Shown piece by piece: positions 19,268-28,413 of a DNA stretch of 64,000 nt. A program made the position numbers and the translations under genes. The stretch covers positions 64,001-128,000 of IMG/VR virus record IMGVR_UViG_3300025723_000017; one strand, 5' to 3'. Under the pieces are notes generated by a model. That model worked only from the letters and a program-made list of their open reading frames with translations. It was not told where the DNA came from and searched no databases. Positions within the stretch are counted from its first letter, which is position 1. Each line of letters starts with the position of its first letter. This DNA is from a virus (lineage: Duplodnaviria; Caudoviricetes).

Positions 19268-20303
19268 ACTAGGATTCGCTTGTAAATGGATTGATACTCC
19301 AGAACAAGTTAATGGCATTAAAGCAACAGACGATGCTAAGAAGTACAACACAGGTGGAACTACAGTAGCTTGGCTTAGTCGCCAATCTAAAGTAGTTGCT
19401 GAACAAAAGCTATGGGATTTAATGACTCAAAACATTGAGTCAACCTATCAACTAGTTAAAAGGGTAAGTGAATTAGATGAGCAGCTTCGCATGGTTCGTA
19501 TTAGTAGTGATATCCTACCAGTGTATACTCACCGGGATTGGAGTTATTTTTGGTGTCAGTCTGACGTTAGGCATTATGCTGAACAGGCGTTTGCTAAAAT
19601 TGGCATGTTGGCTCGTGAGCGTGGGGTGCGTCTTAGCTTTCATCCTGGCCAGTTCACAGTTTTGGCTTCAGATAGTGAAGACATTGTTTCTAGATCAATA
19701 GAGGAGTTTGAATATCATGCAGACATGGCTAGATGGATGGGCTACGGCCAAAAATTCCAAGACTTTAAAATCAACGTCCACATTGCTGGGCGGCAAGGGC
19801 CAGAAGGAATCAGGCGTGTATTGGGACGCCTTAGCCCCGAAGCCCGTAATACCATTACTATTGAAAACGAAGAAAACGCTTGGGGATTAGATGATTGTCT
19901 TACTATCAGTGATATCGTGCCTATTGTTCTTGACGTCCATCACCATTGGTGTCGTGAGGGCGAATACCTCGCAACTGGGGATGATCGCGTACAACGTGTG
20001 CTGGATAGCTGGCGTGGTGTTAGGCCTACTATGCACTATTCTGTAAGCCGCGAAGATTGGCTTCCTGGACATGACGTAACCACATTACCTGATTACAAAT
20101 CATTATTAGAATCTGGACACAAAAAACAGAAACTTAGGGCGCATAGTGATTTTTATTGGAATCGTGCTGTTAACACTTGGGCTTTGGGATTTTTAGATCA
20201 ATTTGATATCATGTGTGAATCAAAAGGTAAAAATCTATCTAGTTATACATTATATGAGCAAATGAAAAATGGAATGGATCACGCCAGTTTGGCAGTATAT
20301 TAA
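19257..20303 (+). CDS. uvsE: UV DNA damage endonuclease
   Basis: LGFACK, RISSD, RLSFHPGQF, INVH, IENEE, LDVHHH, AHSD, MCESKGK. Confidence 0.93.
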   Translation: MKGKLGFACKWIDTPEQVNGIKATDDAKKYNTGGTTVAWLSRQSKVVAEQKLWDLMTQNIESTYQLVKRVSELDEQLRMVRISSDILPVYTHRDWSYFWCQSDVRHYAEQAFAKIGMLARERGVRLSFHPGQFTVLASDSEDIVSRSIEEFEYHADMARWMGYGQKFQDFKINVHIAGRQGPEGIRRVLGRLSPEARNTITIENEENAWGLDDCLTISDIVPIVLDVHHHWCREGEYLATGDDRVQRVLDSWRGVRPTMHYSVSREDWLPGHDVTTLPDYKSLLESGHKKQKLRAHSDFYWNRAVNTWALGFLDQFDIMCESKGKNLSSYTLYEQMKNGMDHASLAVY

Positions 20304-20559
20304 ACAAGATTGGAACAGTAATCGAACGAGATTTCTCGCGGAAGTATTTGCTTGGACCTGTTCTGTAGTTAGTGCTCTGATATTTGCTTTTACTGCGCCT
20401 AATATTCCTATTGTACCACTTTATATGATTTTTATTAGCGGGTGTTGCGCAAGTGGATGGGCATGTTGGACCAGACGGAGCTTCGGTCTAATGGCAAACT
20501 CCGTCTTTTTGGTCACTATTGATTCAATTGGATTAATTCGTATGCTGATTATTCAGTAG
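20269..20559 (+). CDS. Small membrane protein
   Basis: Three hydrophobic helices. Confidence 0.6.
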   Translation: MEWITPVWQYIKQDWNSNRTRFLAEVFAWTCSVVSALIFAFTAPNIPIVPLYMIFISGCCASGWACWTRRSFGLMANSVFLVTIDSIGLIRMLIIQ

Positions 20560-20830
20560 TTTTCTTAGCACGTTTTGTAGCTGGTTTCTTTTCAGACGGA
20601 GCTTTTTTTGCAGCCGTCTTTTTTACGGATGACTTTTTAGCTTTTGTCACTGCTGACTTTACTTCAGCAACAGTATCAATACCTAGGTCTGCTGCTTTTG
20701 CAACTACCGCTGGTGCAATAGTAACCTTGACCCCTTCTACTACAATGGGTGGTTCAATCTTATATGGTGCTGCTGGCGTAGTATCTACAGTTTTAATTCC
20801 AAATACACGCTTAATAAATGTTAATAGCAT
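20549..20830 (-). CDS. Lys/Ala-rich, histone-like tail protein
   Basis: C-terminal KAKKSSVKKTAAKKAPSEKKPATKRAKK; AGGAG RBS. Confidence 0.6.
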   Translation of the reverse strand: MLLTFIKRVFGIKTVDTTPAAPYKIEPPIVVEGVKVTIAPAVVAKAADLGIDTVAEVKSAVTKAKKSSVKKTAAKKAPSEKKPATKRAKKTTE

Positions 20831-20879
20831 AATGCTCTCCTGTTATATTATATTTAACTCTTTTGACGTATAGTTATAA

Positions 20880-21344
20880 TTATTCTACAATAAAGTAGTT
20901 TGATTTTTGATTATTTTCAAAATAAGGAATGACACGAAGATTATTCTCTACATGGAGACCGCATACCAAAGGATGCCTTAGTGGCACAATATGATCAACG
21001 TGATAGGCAATACCTGTTTCTTTAGTTAGCCTTTTGGCTTCTTTATAAAATTCTTTAATGGCATTTTTATCTGCCCACTTCGGTGTGACAAATGATTTTA
21101 AGTTTATTCCATATCTTGCACAACGCCAGTCATTAGTTGGTTTATTTCCAGATTTCACACTATCAGCATCGATTAATTTTACACCTGGTATTGTCATAGC
21201 TATACCATTTTTCCAATCAGATCTTGGAGGCTTAATAGCTGGCATAGAAGGAAGCATTCCTATACCTCTTTCTTTTTTAATTCTTTTAGGCAATATAGGA
21301 CCAACAAAAGTTCTTTTAAATTTAGCGTATTCTCTACTATTCAT
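20880..21344 (-). CDS. HNH endonuclease
   Basis: HVDHIVPL...VCGLHVENNL...N..KSN. Confidence 0.8.
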   Translation of the reverse strand: MNSREYAKFKRTFVGPILPKRIKKERGIGMLPSMPAIKPPRSDWKNGIAMTIPGVKLIDADSVKSGNKPTNDWRCARYGINLKSFVTPKWADKNAIKEFYKEAKRLTKETGIAYHVDHIVPLRHPLVCGLHVENNLRVIPYFENNQKSNYFIVE

Positions 21345-21389
21345 AAAATTATTTATGTTTATCTTGAAAGAACATAGTATAATTACTAA

Positions 21390-21409
21390 TTATGTGCAGC
21401 CGCACATAA
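21390..21409. promoter_or_regulatory. Palindromic TGC-N4-GCA operator (PhaR-box-like)
   Basis: TTATGTGC-AGCC-GCACATAA inverted repeat. Confidence 0.45.
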
Positions 21410-21449
21410 ATAAATACTAGTAGAAGTACTAATATAAGGAAATCACAAA

Positions 21450-21608
21450 ATGAAAACTTTTTTAAAATGGATCACAAGTCTATTCGCAACACCAACTTAC
21501 GGCCAACGTTTAGAAGCGTTCATTGTAAGTAAACACCCGGTTAATCATGCAGATGTTGAGCACTGGGCAAATGCATTTGAACGTGCCACAAGCAAAGGAT
21601 TAGTATAA
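21450..21608 (+). CDS. Small hypothetical protein, possibly DUF3563-like
   Basis: 52 aa, below the ORF-track cutoff: MKTFLKWITSLF...RLEAFIVSKHP...DVEHWANAFER; AAGGA RBS. Confidence 0.55.
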   Translation: MKTFLKWITSLFATPTYGQRLEAFIVSKHPVNHADVEHWANAFERATSKGLV

Positions 21609-21715
21609 TGAAAAAATTCTTGAAAAACATTTGGGAAGTATTTGTGGAATCAAGAATGGCAGCTGCCAAAGCTACTATTCGTTACTATAATTATTAATCA
21701 TATTGTTCAAACTAC

Positions 21716-21813
21716 TTGACAAAAATGTGCAGTTGCAATATAATATAAATAAGATAGAGAACAGTTAGTGCCGAATGGGTCGGGCTAACATAAAAGCTCG
21801 CTTAATTTAGGAG
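21716..21813 (+). promoter_or_regulatory. Composite promoter (sigma70 plus T4-late TATAAATA) with TGC-N4-GCA box and ROSE-like 5'UTR
   Basis: TTGACA 21716, TGCAGTTGCA in the spacer, TATAAT 21739, TATAAATA 21744, hairpin GTTAGTGCCGAATGGGTCGGGCTAAC, CTCGCTT...AGGAG. Confidence 0.65.
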
Positions 21814-21819
21814 TTCACT

Positions 21820-22062
21820 ATGGAATTTATGAAAACACTTAATGAAGTACTTGATCCAATTAAAATGATTGATCAAGCTGAAAAAAACATGTCCTACATG
21901 ATTGGATATGTACAACCAAAGGAATTGGCATCTGCACTGACAAAGTTGACAGAAGCTAATGCTAAGTTTGCCAAAACTAATTTAGAAACTTTGAAAACTG
22001 TTGTTGACGTAGTTAAAGATAACACAACAAAGTTTACTAAGAGTTTTGACAAAACTGCCTAA
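21820..22062 (+). CDS. Phasin-like amphipathic helical protein
   Basis: 80 aa, appears all-helical, K/T/A-rich, no Cys/Trp; regulatory context resembles phaP. Confidence 0.45.
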   Translation: MEFMKTLNEVLDPIKMIDQAEKNMSYMIGYVQPKELASALTKLTEANAKFAKTNLETLKTVVDVVKDNTTKFTKSFDKTA

Positions 22063-22083
22063 TAATTAGTATATCCCTGATAC

Positions 22084-22116
22084 AAAAAGCCCTTATACAA
22101 CAAAGGGCTTTTTTTT
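22084..22116 (+). terminator. Intrinsic terminator
   Basis: AAAAAGCCCTT-loop-AAGGGCTTTTTTTT. Confidence 0.8.
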
Positions 22117-22192
22117 GATTGACATTTGGCTTGATTTTGAGTATAATATAGTAGTAATAATTTTTTTCCATTAATCAATCAAGGAACTTGAC

Positions 22193-22483
22193 ATGAAATC
22201 AGGTATTTTAATTTTAGCGGTAAGCGTTGCTATTGTGTCTTTGGCAGGATGCAGTTCAACTCCTGAGTATCATGCTGTAACACAGGAATCTGTTGCGGTA
22301 TATGAAAGACATGATTTTAGAGAAATTCAACAACGTGCAAGACTAAAGGCCATGGCACAGGCACGAGCTCGCGGTGCAAGTAGAGTAGAAGCTGAAACTA
22401 TCGGAGCCGATGCAGGTAATCGCGCAGGTGTAGCAGCTTTTGAAGAATTCAATAGTCCACGAAAGTATGCACGCGGAAATTAA
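22193..22483 (+). CDS. Putative lipoprotein
   Basis: Lipobox LAGC; own TTGACA/TATAAT promoter. Confidence 0.7.
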   Translation: MKSGILILAVSVAIVSLAGCSSTPEYHAVTQESVAVYERHDFREIQQRARLKAMAQARARGASRVEAETIGADAGNRAGVAAFEEFNSPRKYARGN

Positions 22484-22573
22484 TCAATAAATTTTGGTTG
22501 ACATTACGACTATTCGATAGTATAATGTCTTGTAGTAGTAAAACAATTTTTCACTTAACTATAAAGGTTTATT

Positions 22574-23365
22574 ATGAAACAACGTATTTTAATGTTATTA
22601 ACAGTTGGTGTATTTGCACTAATCACTGGCTGTACATCAGCACCACAAAAACATACTGTATCATATGATACAAAGTCAACTCAAGAAGATGCTACTAGAT
22701 ATAATGACAGTGACGACTCAAGTGAAACTGCATCAGCTGACTCTGAGGCACAGGGTGATAATGCTCGTGGTGCTATTGCTGACCAACGTTTGGCCATGTC
22801 TGAATTTAAGAAAGATGGTGTAAAAATTATTTACGATCTTAAAGGACGTATTGTAGCCATCGAAGTTACGGGCTATGCAGCCACGTGGGGAGGTTCACAT
22901 AATGCAGGACGTGAAGCGTATCGTATCGCTGAACTGGAAGCTAAAAAATCCCTAAATGATTTTATTCATAAAGAAACTATTATTTCCAAAACTTCGGTTG
23001 TTATGATCTCTGAAAATTTAGAACATGCACAAGATAATGTAGATAATAAATTATCCACTAGTAAGAAATCTAAAAACAACGAAGAGAAATCTGTCGACGA
23101 ACTAGTGGCTACAGATGATGACGCACGTAATCGAATTGAGAACGAACAGGTTGATGATCAATCTCAAACACTGCGTAACAATGCGGCACGTATTGCCAAC
23201 CGACTGCGTACCACCATCATTGCATCCAATCGAGGTATTATCTCAGGGCTGTACTATAAAGAAGGTGGCATTATCGATGGTGGCAAAGCTGTCAAGGTTG
23301 TGATGCGTTGGGATAAAAAACATAATTCATCGCGCCTTGAAATTGGCCGTATGATGAATATGTAA
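22574..23365 (+). CDS. Putative lipoprotein (LPP20-like)
   Basis: Lipobox ITGC; AYRIAELEAKKSL; own promoter. Confidence 0.6.
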   Translation: MKQRILMLLTVGVFALITGCTSAPQKHTVSYDTKSTQEDATRYNDSDDSSETASADSEAQGDNARGAIADQRLAMSEFKKDGVKIIYDLKGRIVAIEVTGYAATWGGSHNAGREAYRIAELEAKKSLNDFIHKETIISKTSVVMISENLEHAQDNVDNKLSTSKKSKNNEEKSVDELVATDDDARNRIENEQVDDQSQTLRNNAARIANRLRTTIIASNRGIISGLYYKEGGIIDGGKAVKVVMRWDKKHNSSRLEIGRMMNM

Positions 23366-23369
23366 TATC

Positions 23370-24443
23370 ATGTTAAGATACGTTGCATCTTTAGTTCTGG
23401 CTTTACTGACTTCAGTGAGCCAGGCTCAAATATTACCCATAGTAGCACAAGTTCCATTTGGCACAATCGTCACTATTGGACGCTGGCTTACTGAAAATCC
23501 CGATCCAGTTTACTATATAGAAGTTGTGGGTGTGGGCCGTACCGTAGAAGAATCCAAATTAAATGGATTTAGATTGGCAGTGGAACAGGCTGTGGGTTCT
23601 GTACTGGCATCCGAAACAGTGGTAAATGATGCACGGTTAACTCGTGATGAAATTATTTCCTATGCATCCGGATACATAACTCAATTTACTATAGTTGATC
23701 AAACATACGATGCCAATAACGCATCGCGTACAACAATGAAGGTATGGATTAAGAAAAGTATTCTTGCCAATCGTCTGCTACATGAAAGCTCAGCCGCAGG
23801 TGATTTAGAAGGAGCCAAAGCTGCTGTTAATTTGTCATCGTTCCAGTATGAACGAGAGCAAGGGGACAGACTAGTTGGCACTGTGTTAAATGATTTTTAT
23901 CGAATGGGAATGAATATTGAGCTAAAGCCAGCACGTATATCCTTTGATGACGAACGTAACGGCCTAGTGGAAATTCCTTTTCGATTAAGCTGGGATTCTA
24001 AATATATCAATTCACTGTTGGCAGCATATCAAGCCACTGCCCAAAATTCCAGTTACAACCTATGCAGAATCAATTGCAACGGTATCATATCGAATGTCAA
24101 TATATCAGGCATAGTATTGCAGTTTTCCGATGCTGCCAAAGTACAGGCCTTAATTGATGTTATGATATCATCTGAGCCTCAAATTGAACTTACTCTAAGT
24201 TCACTACAGGGTCAAGTGGTGGTTAAACAATGTTTTCATTGGCCTGAATTGGATCATGTGGAAAACGGGCATGTACGTGGTGGGTATTTTGTTACCGTTT
24301 CTCCTATAAGTCCCAATAACGTAGCCGTGAATGGTAATTTTTATATGAATTCTGCGGTTCAAATTAAAACTTCTGCCGAACAATTGAAATTGGCCAGCAA
24401 GGTACAATTGAAATTAGTGCCAGCAGCCAAGTGTTCTGCTTAA
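23370..24443 (+). CDS. Secreted protein
   Basis: Sec signal peptide (SQA cleavage); GVGRTVEE...AVEQAVG motif. Confidence 0.6.
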   Translation: MLRYVASLVLALLTSVSQAQILPIVAQVPFGTIVTIGRWLTENPDPVYYIEVVGVGRTVEESKLNGFRLAVEQAVGSVLASETVVNDARLTRDEIISYASGYITQFTIVDQTYDANNASRTTMKVWIKKSILANRLLHESSAAGDLEGAKAAVNLSSFQYEREQGDRLVGTVLNDFYRMGMNIELKPARISFDDERNGLVEIPFRLSWDSKYINSLLAAYQATAQNSSYNLCRINCNGIISNVNISGIVLQFSDAAKVQALIDVMISSEPQIELTLSSLQGQVVVKQCFHWPELDHVENGHVRGGYFVTVSPISPNNVAVNGNFYMNSAVQIKTSAEQLKLASKVQLKLVPAAKCSA

Positions 24444-24528
24444 ATTTTGTCACATGATATGTGCCATAAATATTTGCTGTTGGCCCGATCTACAGTAAAA
24501 TATATGCAGTTAACCTAGCAGAGCAAAT

Positions 24529-25110
24529 ATGACATCAACTATCTCAGAAGCAGACATCAGTAGCAAAGAACCTGGACAATTATTACAAGATTCGGGTATG
24601 TATGTATTCATGGATGAAGTGAATAATGAAACTATCAAACCCATTGTTGAATGGATACTCTGTGCCAATCATACGGCAAAGAAAAAACGTAAAGAATTAT
24701 TATTGATGATTTGCAGCGAAGGTGGCAGTATGGATCATGCATTTGCCCTAATTGATGTCATGCGTAGCAGCTCCATACCAATTAAAACAGTGGGCTTAGG
24801 TACAATTGCCAGTTCTGGATTGCTGATATTTTTAGCCGGTACTCGGGGTCGTAGAATATTAACTCCCAATACCAGTATATTAAGTCATCAATATTCAGCA
24901 TATACCGAAGGCAAACACCACGAATTATTTTCCATAGCCAAAGAATTTAATTTAGCCAATGAACGTATGGTGGAACATTATCGTGAAACTACAGGTTTAG
25001 ATGAAGCCACTATTAAATCGCAACTACTGCCCACTAGTGATGTTTGGCTTACAGCAGAAGAAGCATTGGCCTTGGGCATTTGCGACTACATAAGTGACCT
25101 TAAAAAATAA
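24529..25110 (+). CDS. Divergent ClpP-like serine protease
   Basis: ICSEGG, GLGTIASSG (Ser), ILSHQ (His), DVWLTAEEALALGICD (Asp). Confidence 0.85.
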   Translation: MTSTISEADISSKEPGQLLQDSGMYVFMDEVNNETIKPIVEWILCANHTAKKKRKELLLMICSEGGSMDHAFALIDVMRSSSIPIKTVGLGTIASSGLLIFLAGTRGRRILTPNTSILSHQYSAYTEGKHHELFSIAKEFNLANERMVEHYRETTGLDEATIKSQLLPTSDVWLTAEEALALGICDYISDLKK

Positions 25111-25120
25111 TAAATAACTA

Positions 25121-26545
25121 ATGCGTTATTATGAATTCCGTTATCTAATAGAAGGTTATCCACAAGCACAAGCTGCTTTTATACAAGCAGGTGCCGACAC
25201 AGCCTCTGTACAAAAAACTATAGCCGACTTCAAACAATTAGTTACACGCAATCAAATAAAAGACATTAATCAAAAGAACATAGACTGGTGGGCAAAACAA
25301 GGTTGGGATAAGTTTAGCCAATTTGTCAATCAAGCAGCAGCCGTACCCAGTAAATCTCAAATTGAAAAAAAGAAATTACCCGGACAAAGTATTAATTTAG
25401 TTGATAATGCTCAATGGTTTATAGTAATTCCACTTGATAAAGATGCCAGTTGTTTTCATGGGAAAAATTCAGATTGGTGTACTACAAAAGTACATCAAAG
25501 TTATTTTGAACAATATTTTTATAATAGACAAGTAACTCTAATATATTGCTTTAATAAATCAACCGGCGGTATGTGGGCCATAGCCGTACATAAAGACACA
25601 GATAAATTCGAAATGTTTGATCAGAAAGATAGAAGTTTAACAGTAGATGAATTTAAACGACAAACCGGGTTAGATCCTGCTCAACTACGTGATATGGCCT
25701 TAGGTGATGTACATCAACCTAAAGTACAAGCCACACGTGATAAATGGAAAGATTCCAAAGCATTGACTAATAAATTATTGAATGACTTACCAGAAAAAAC
25801 TAGATCATCTGAGATAGAAAAACAATTGCTATATAATAAATCTAGAAATGAATGCCTGAAGTATATTCGCAAGATCGGATCAATTGATTCTAATGATTTT
25901 CCATTGGCAATAGAGATAGCAGCAGTTTCACTAGATAGTCATGCAATACAACATATTAAAAATCCAAAACCTATTGTGCAAAAAACAGCAGTTTCACAAT
26001 ATGGTGGAGCAATACAATATATTATCGAAGCTGGTATTACACCCACGGAAGCAGTACAAATAGCAGCAGTTTCAAATGATGGTAGTGCAATAGTTTATAT
26101 TATCGACGCTGGTATTACGCCTAGTGAAGCGGTACAACGGGCAGCAGTTTCACAATATGGTGGAGCAATACTATATATTATCCGCGCTGGTATTACGCCT
26201 AGTGAAGCGGTACAAAAGGCAGCAGTTTCAAATGATGGTAGTGCAATAGTTTATATTATCGACGCTGGTATTACGCCTAGTGAAGCAGTGCAAATAGCAG
26301 CAGTTTCACAATATGGTGGAGCAATACTATATATTATCCGCGCTGGTATTACGCCCACGGAAGCGGTACAAAAAACAGCAGTTTCACAACTTGGTCGTGT
26401 AATACGATATATTATCGACGCTGGGATTAAACCCACGGAAGCAGTACAAATAGCAGCAGTTTCAAATGATGGGCTTGCAATAGAATTTATTATCGACGCT
26501 GGTATTACGCCCAGTAAAGCGGTAAGGCGAGCGTATTACAGCTAG
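25121..26545 (+). CDS. Protein with capsid-targeting-like N-terminus and 25-aa tandem repeats
   Basis: MRYYEFRYLIE; SDWCT motif; about 8 repeats of AAVSxxGxAIxYIIxAGITPSEAVQ. Confidence 0.7.
   Translation: MRYYEFRYLIEGYPQAQAAFIQAGADTASVQKTIADFKQLVTRNQIKDINQKNIDWWAKQGWDKFSQFVNQAAAVPSKSQIEKKKLPGQSINLVDNAQWFIVIPLDKDASCFHGKNSDWCTTKVHQSYFEQYFYNRQVTLIYCFNKSTGGMWAIAVHKDTDKFEMFDQKDRSLTVDEFKRQTGLDPAQLRDMALGDVHQPKVQATRDKWKDSKALTNKLLNDLPEKTRSSEIEKQLLYNKSRNECLKYIRKIGSIDSNDFPLAIEIAAVSLDSHAIQHIKNPKPIVQKTAVSQYGGAIQYIIEAGITPTEAVQIAAVSNDGSAIVYIIDAGITPSEAVQRAAVSQYGGAILYIIRAGITPSEAVQKAAVSNDGSAIVYIIDAGITPSEAVQIAAVSQYGGAILYIIRAGITPTEAVQKTAVSQLGRVIRYIIDAGIKPTEAVQIAAVSNDGLAIEFIIDAGITPSKAVRRAYYS
25915..26540 (+). 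repeat. 75-bp in-frame tandem repeats
   Basis: Units GCAGTTTCA...GCTGGTATTAC alternate between SQYGGAI and SNDGSAI variants. Confidence 0.85.
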
Positions 26546-26647
26546 TGAAGCAGTAATCCAAGCAGCTGGCAAAAGATAACCATACCGTTTGACAATATAA
26601 TGTAGCCGTGTTACTATAACTTAACATTAACATTATAAGGAAGTTGA

Positions 26648-27244
26648 ATGCCCAGTTTAATCCCCATGGTAGTAGAGCAAACCTCAAAAGGCGAAAGATC
26701 CTACGATATCTATAGTCGGCTATTACGAGACCGTATTGTTATGCTGGATACAGATGTCAATGAAACTAGTGCAAGTCTAGTAGTGGCACAGATGTTATTT
26801 CTCGAAGCCGAAGATCCCGCTGCAGACATCCTATTTTATATTAATTCACCAGGTGGGTCAGTTACAGCGGGCATGGCTATTTACGATACCATGCAGTTTA
26901 TTCAGTGTGACGTTTCAACTATTGTCATGGGACAGGCCTGTAGTATGGGTAGTCTACTGGCACAAGCAGGCACCGCTGGCAAACGTTTAATCCTTCCCCG
27001 CGCTAGACATATGATTCATCAACCATCAGGTGGTGCACGTGGACAAGCTACGGACATGCTGATTCAAGTTAATGAAATTCTCAAGATGAAACGGGAGTTA
27101 ACTGGAATCTACGTGACGCATAATTCTGCAAACAAGACATACAGTGAACTGGAACAGGATATGGAACGGGACAACTTTATGTCAGCCGAAGAAGCTGTGG
27201 CATATGGTCTAGCTGACAAAATTGTTGCCAAACGAGGACAGTAA
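26648..27244 (+). CDS. clpP: ATP-dependent Clp protease proteolytic subunit
   Basis: [44 protein letters not shown]. Confidence 0.97.
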   Translation: MPSLIPMVVEQTSKGERSYDIYSRLLRDRIVMLDTDVNETSASLVVAQMLFLEAEDPAADILFYINSPGGSVTAGMAIYDTMQFIQCDVSTIVMGQACSMGSLLAQAGTAGKRLILPRARHMIHQPSGGARGQATDMLIQVNEILKMKRELTGIYVTHNSANKTYSELEQDMERDNFMSAEEAVAYGLADKIVAKRGQ

Positions 27245-27308
27245 CCTTCTGCGTCTGACTATTGAACTAGAGAACTAAGGCGCGAAGCGCCCTAGCTCCT
27301 GAGCCACA

Positions 27309-27539
27309 ATGAAAAAAGTTTTAATTGATCCCGATAGTTATAAACCCATTAATCCCGGTCGGCTGTCTGAGATGATGACAGATTGGTGTAAACTGCAAAA
27401 TCTAGAATACGGACATGACTATGCCTGGAGTTATCGACCCATATCTCTAAATAACCTTCCTCACATAGTAATGGAATTTCGTTTTTACAACGATGACAGC
27501 AACGTAGCAACCATGTTTGCACTAAAATGGCGTAGATAA
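27309..27539 (+). CDS. FxL[RK]W family small protein
   Basis: Ends FRFYNDDSNVATMFALKWRR. Confidence 0.7.
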   Translation: MKKVLIDPDSYKPINPGRLSEMMTDWCKLQNLEYGHDYAWSYRPISLNNLPHIVMEFRFYNDDSNVATMFALKWRR

Positions 27540-27760
27540 ATGATAGATAAAGAACTTACGGGAAAGTATACCGACGAAGAAATACAGCAAATAGGCCTAT
27601 GGTTAGATCAGTATATGCCCAATCCGCCCTTATCTCTTAAACAACGATGGAGTGTGGGACATCACTGGATACAAAATGATGAATTCTCCTTCGGCAGATG
27701 GGCATACAGTTTACTGATGATCGAGATGCTACACTATTCGCACTACGCTGGGAAAAATAA
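27540..27760 (+). pseudogene. Frameshifted FxL[RK]W family gene (or sequencing indel)
   Basis: Adding one G at about 27700 gives ...RWGIQFTDDRDATLFALRWEK*. Confidence 0.6.
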
Positions 27761-27807
27761 CAGTCCAGGATGACAATGAAATCGTGGATTTACCTGGGAG
27801 GGAATAG

Positions 27808-28023
27808 ATGATTATAGTTAAAATACCACATAATGATACTCAGTTACTTGCTACTAAACGTGCCATTAAAATGAGTAATTGGTGTAAGGAAAACGGACTA
27901 GTACATAGTAAGGACTATGATTGGGCATTTAGGAATCTGTCAAATGAAATACACTTTAGATTCTATAGTGATGATCAAAGCCTAGCCACCATGTTTGCAC
28001 TATTATTTAACAAAGGCAGATGA
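27808..28023 (+). CDS. FxL[RK]W family small protein, paralogue of 27309
   Basis: WCKENGL..SKDYDW...FRFYSDDQSLATMFALLF. Confidence 0.7.
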   Translation: MIIVKIPHNDTQLLATKRAIKMSNWCKENGLVHSKDYDWAFRNLSNEIHFRFYSDDQSLATMFALLFNKGR

Positions 28024-28168
28024 CTAAATTACTGTATCTAGATGATACTGTAAGTATGATTCTATACAGTGTGGAGATAGAAAAATTTGTGGCCAAAATT
28101 TTTTGATCAGCTGATTTAAATCCTGATGAAGTTTTTGACCCCTGGGGTCCTACATAGTGGAAGAAGAT

Positions 28169-28221
28169 TGATTTATACGATCCAGGATTGACAAAATTGA
28201 TTTATACGATCCAGGATTGAC
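28169..28221. repeat. Direct repeat GATTTATACGATCCAGGATTGAC x2
   Basis: Near-identical copies at about 28169 and about 28199. Confidence 0.7.
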
Positions 28222-28413
28222 GCAAAGCTAGTATACATACAATGTATTGTAGCTAAAAAACAACACCGGGGTGTCCGAAGTTTTTGAAATAGCTAAATTA
28301 TAGCATGTAATTTTATAAAATGCAAGCGCATAAAATGCAAGCGCATAAAATGCACGCTGTAACGCATTAGTACAGCGTAGTGTACATAATGCGTTACAGC
28401 GTGCTTGCTACGC

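Noticed and set aside
20880-21344. Intron-encoded homing endonuclease
   Set aside because: Free-standing; the flanking genes are intact and no group I intron core was seen.
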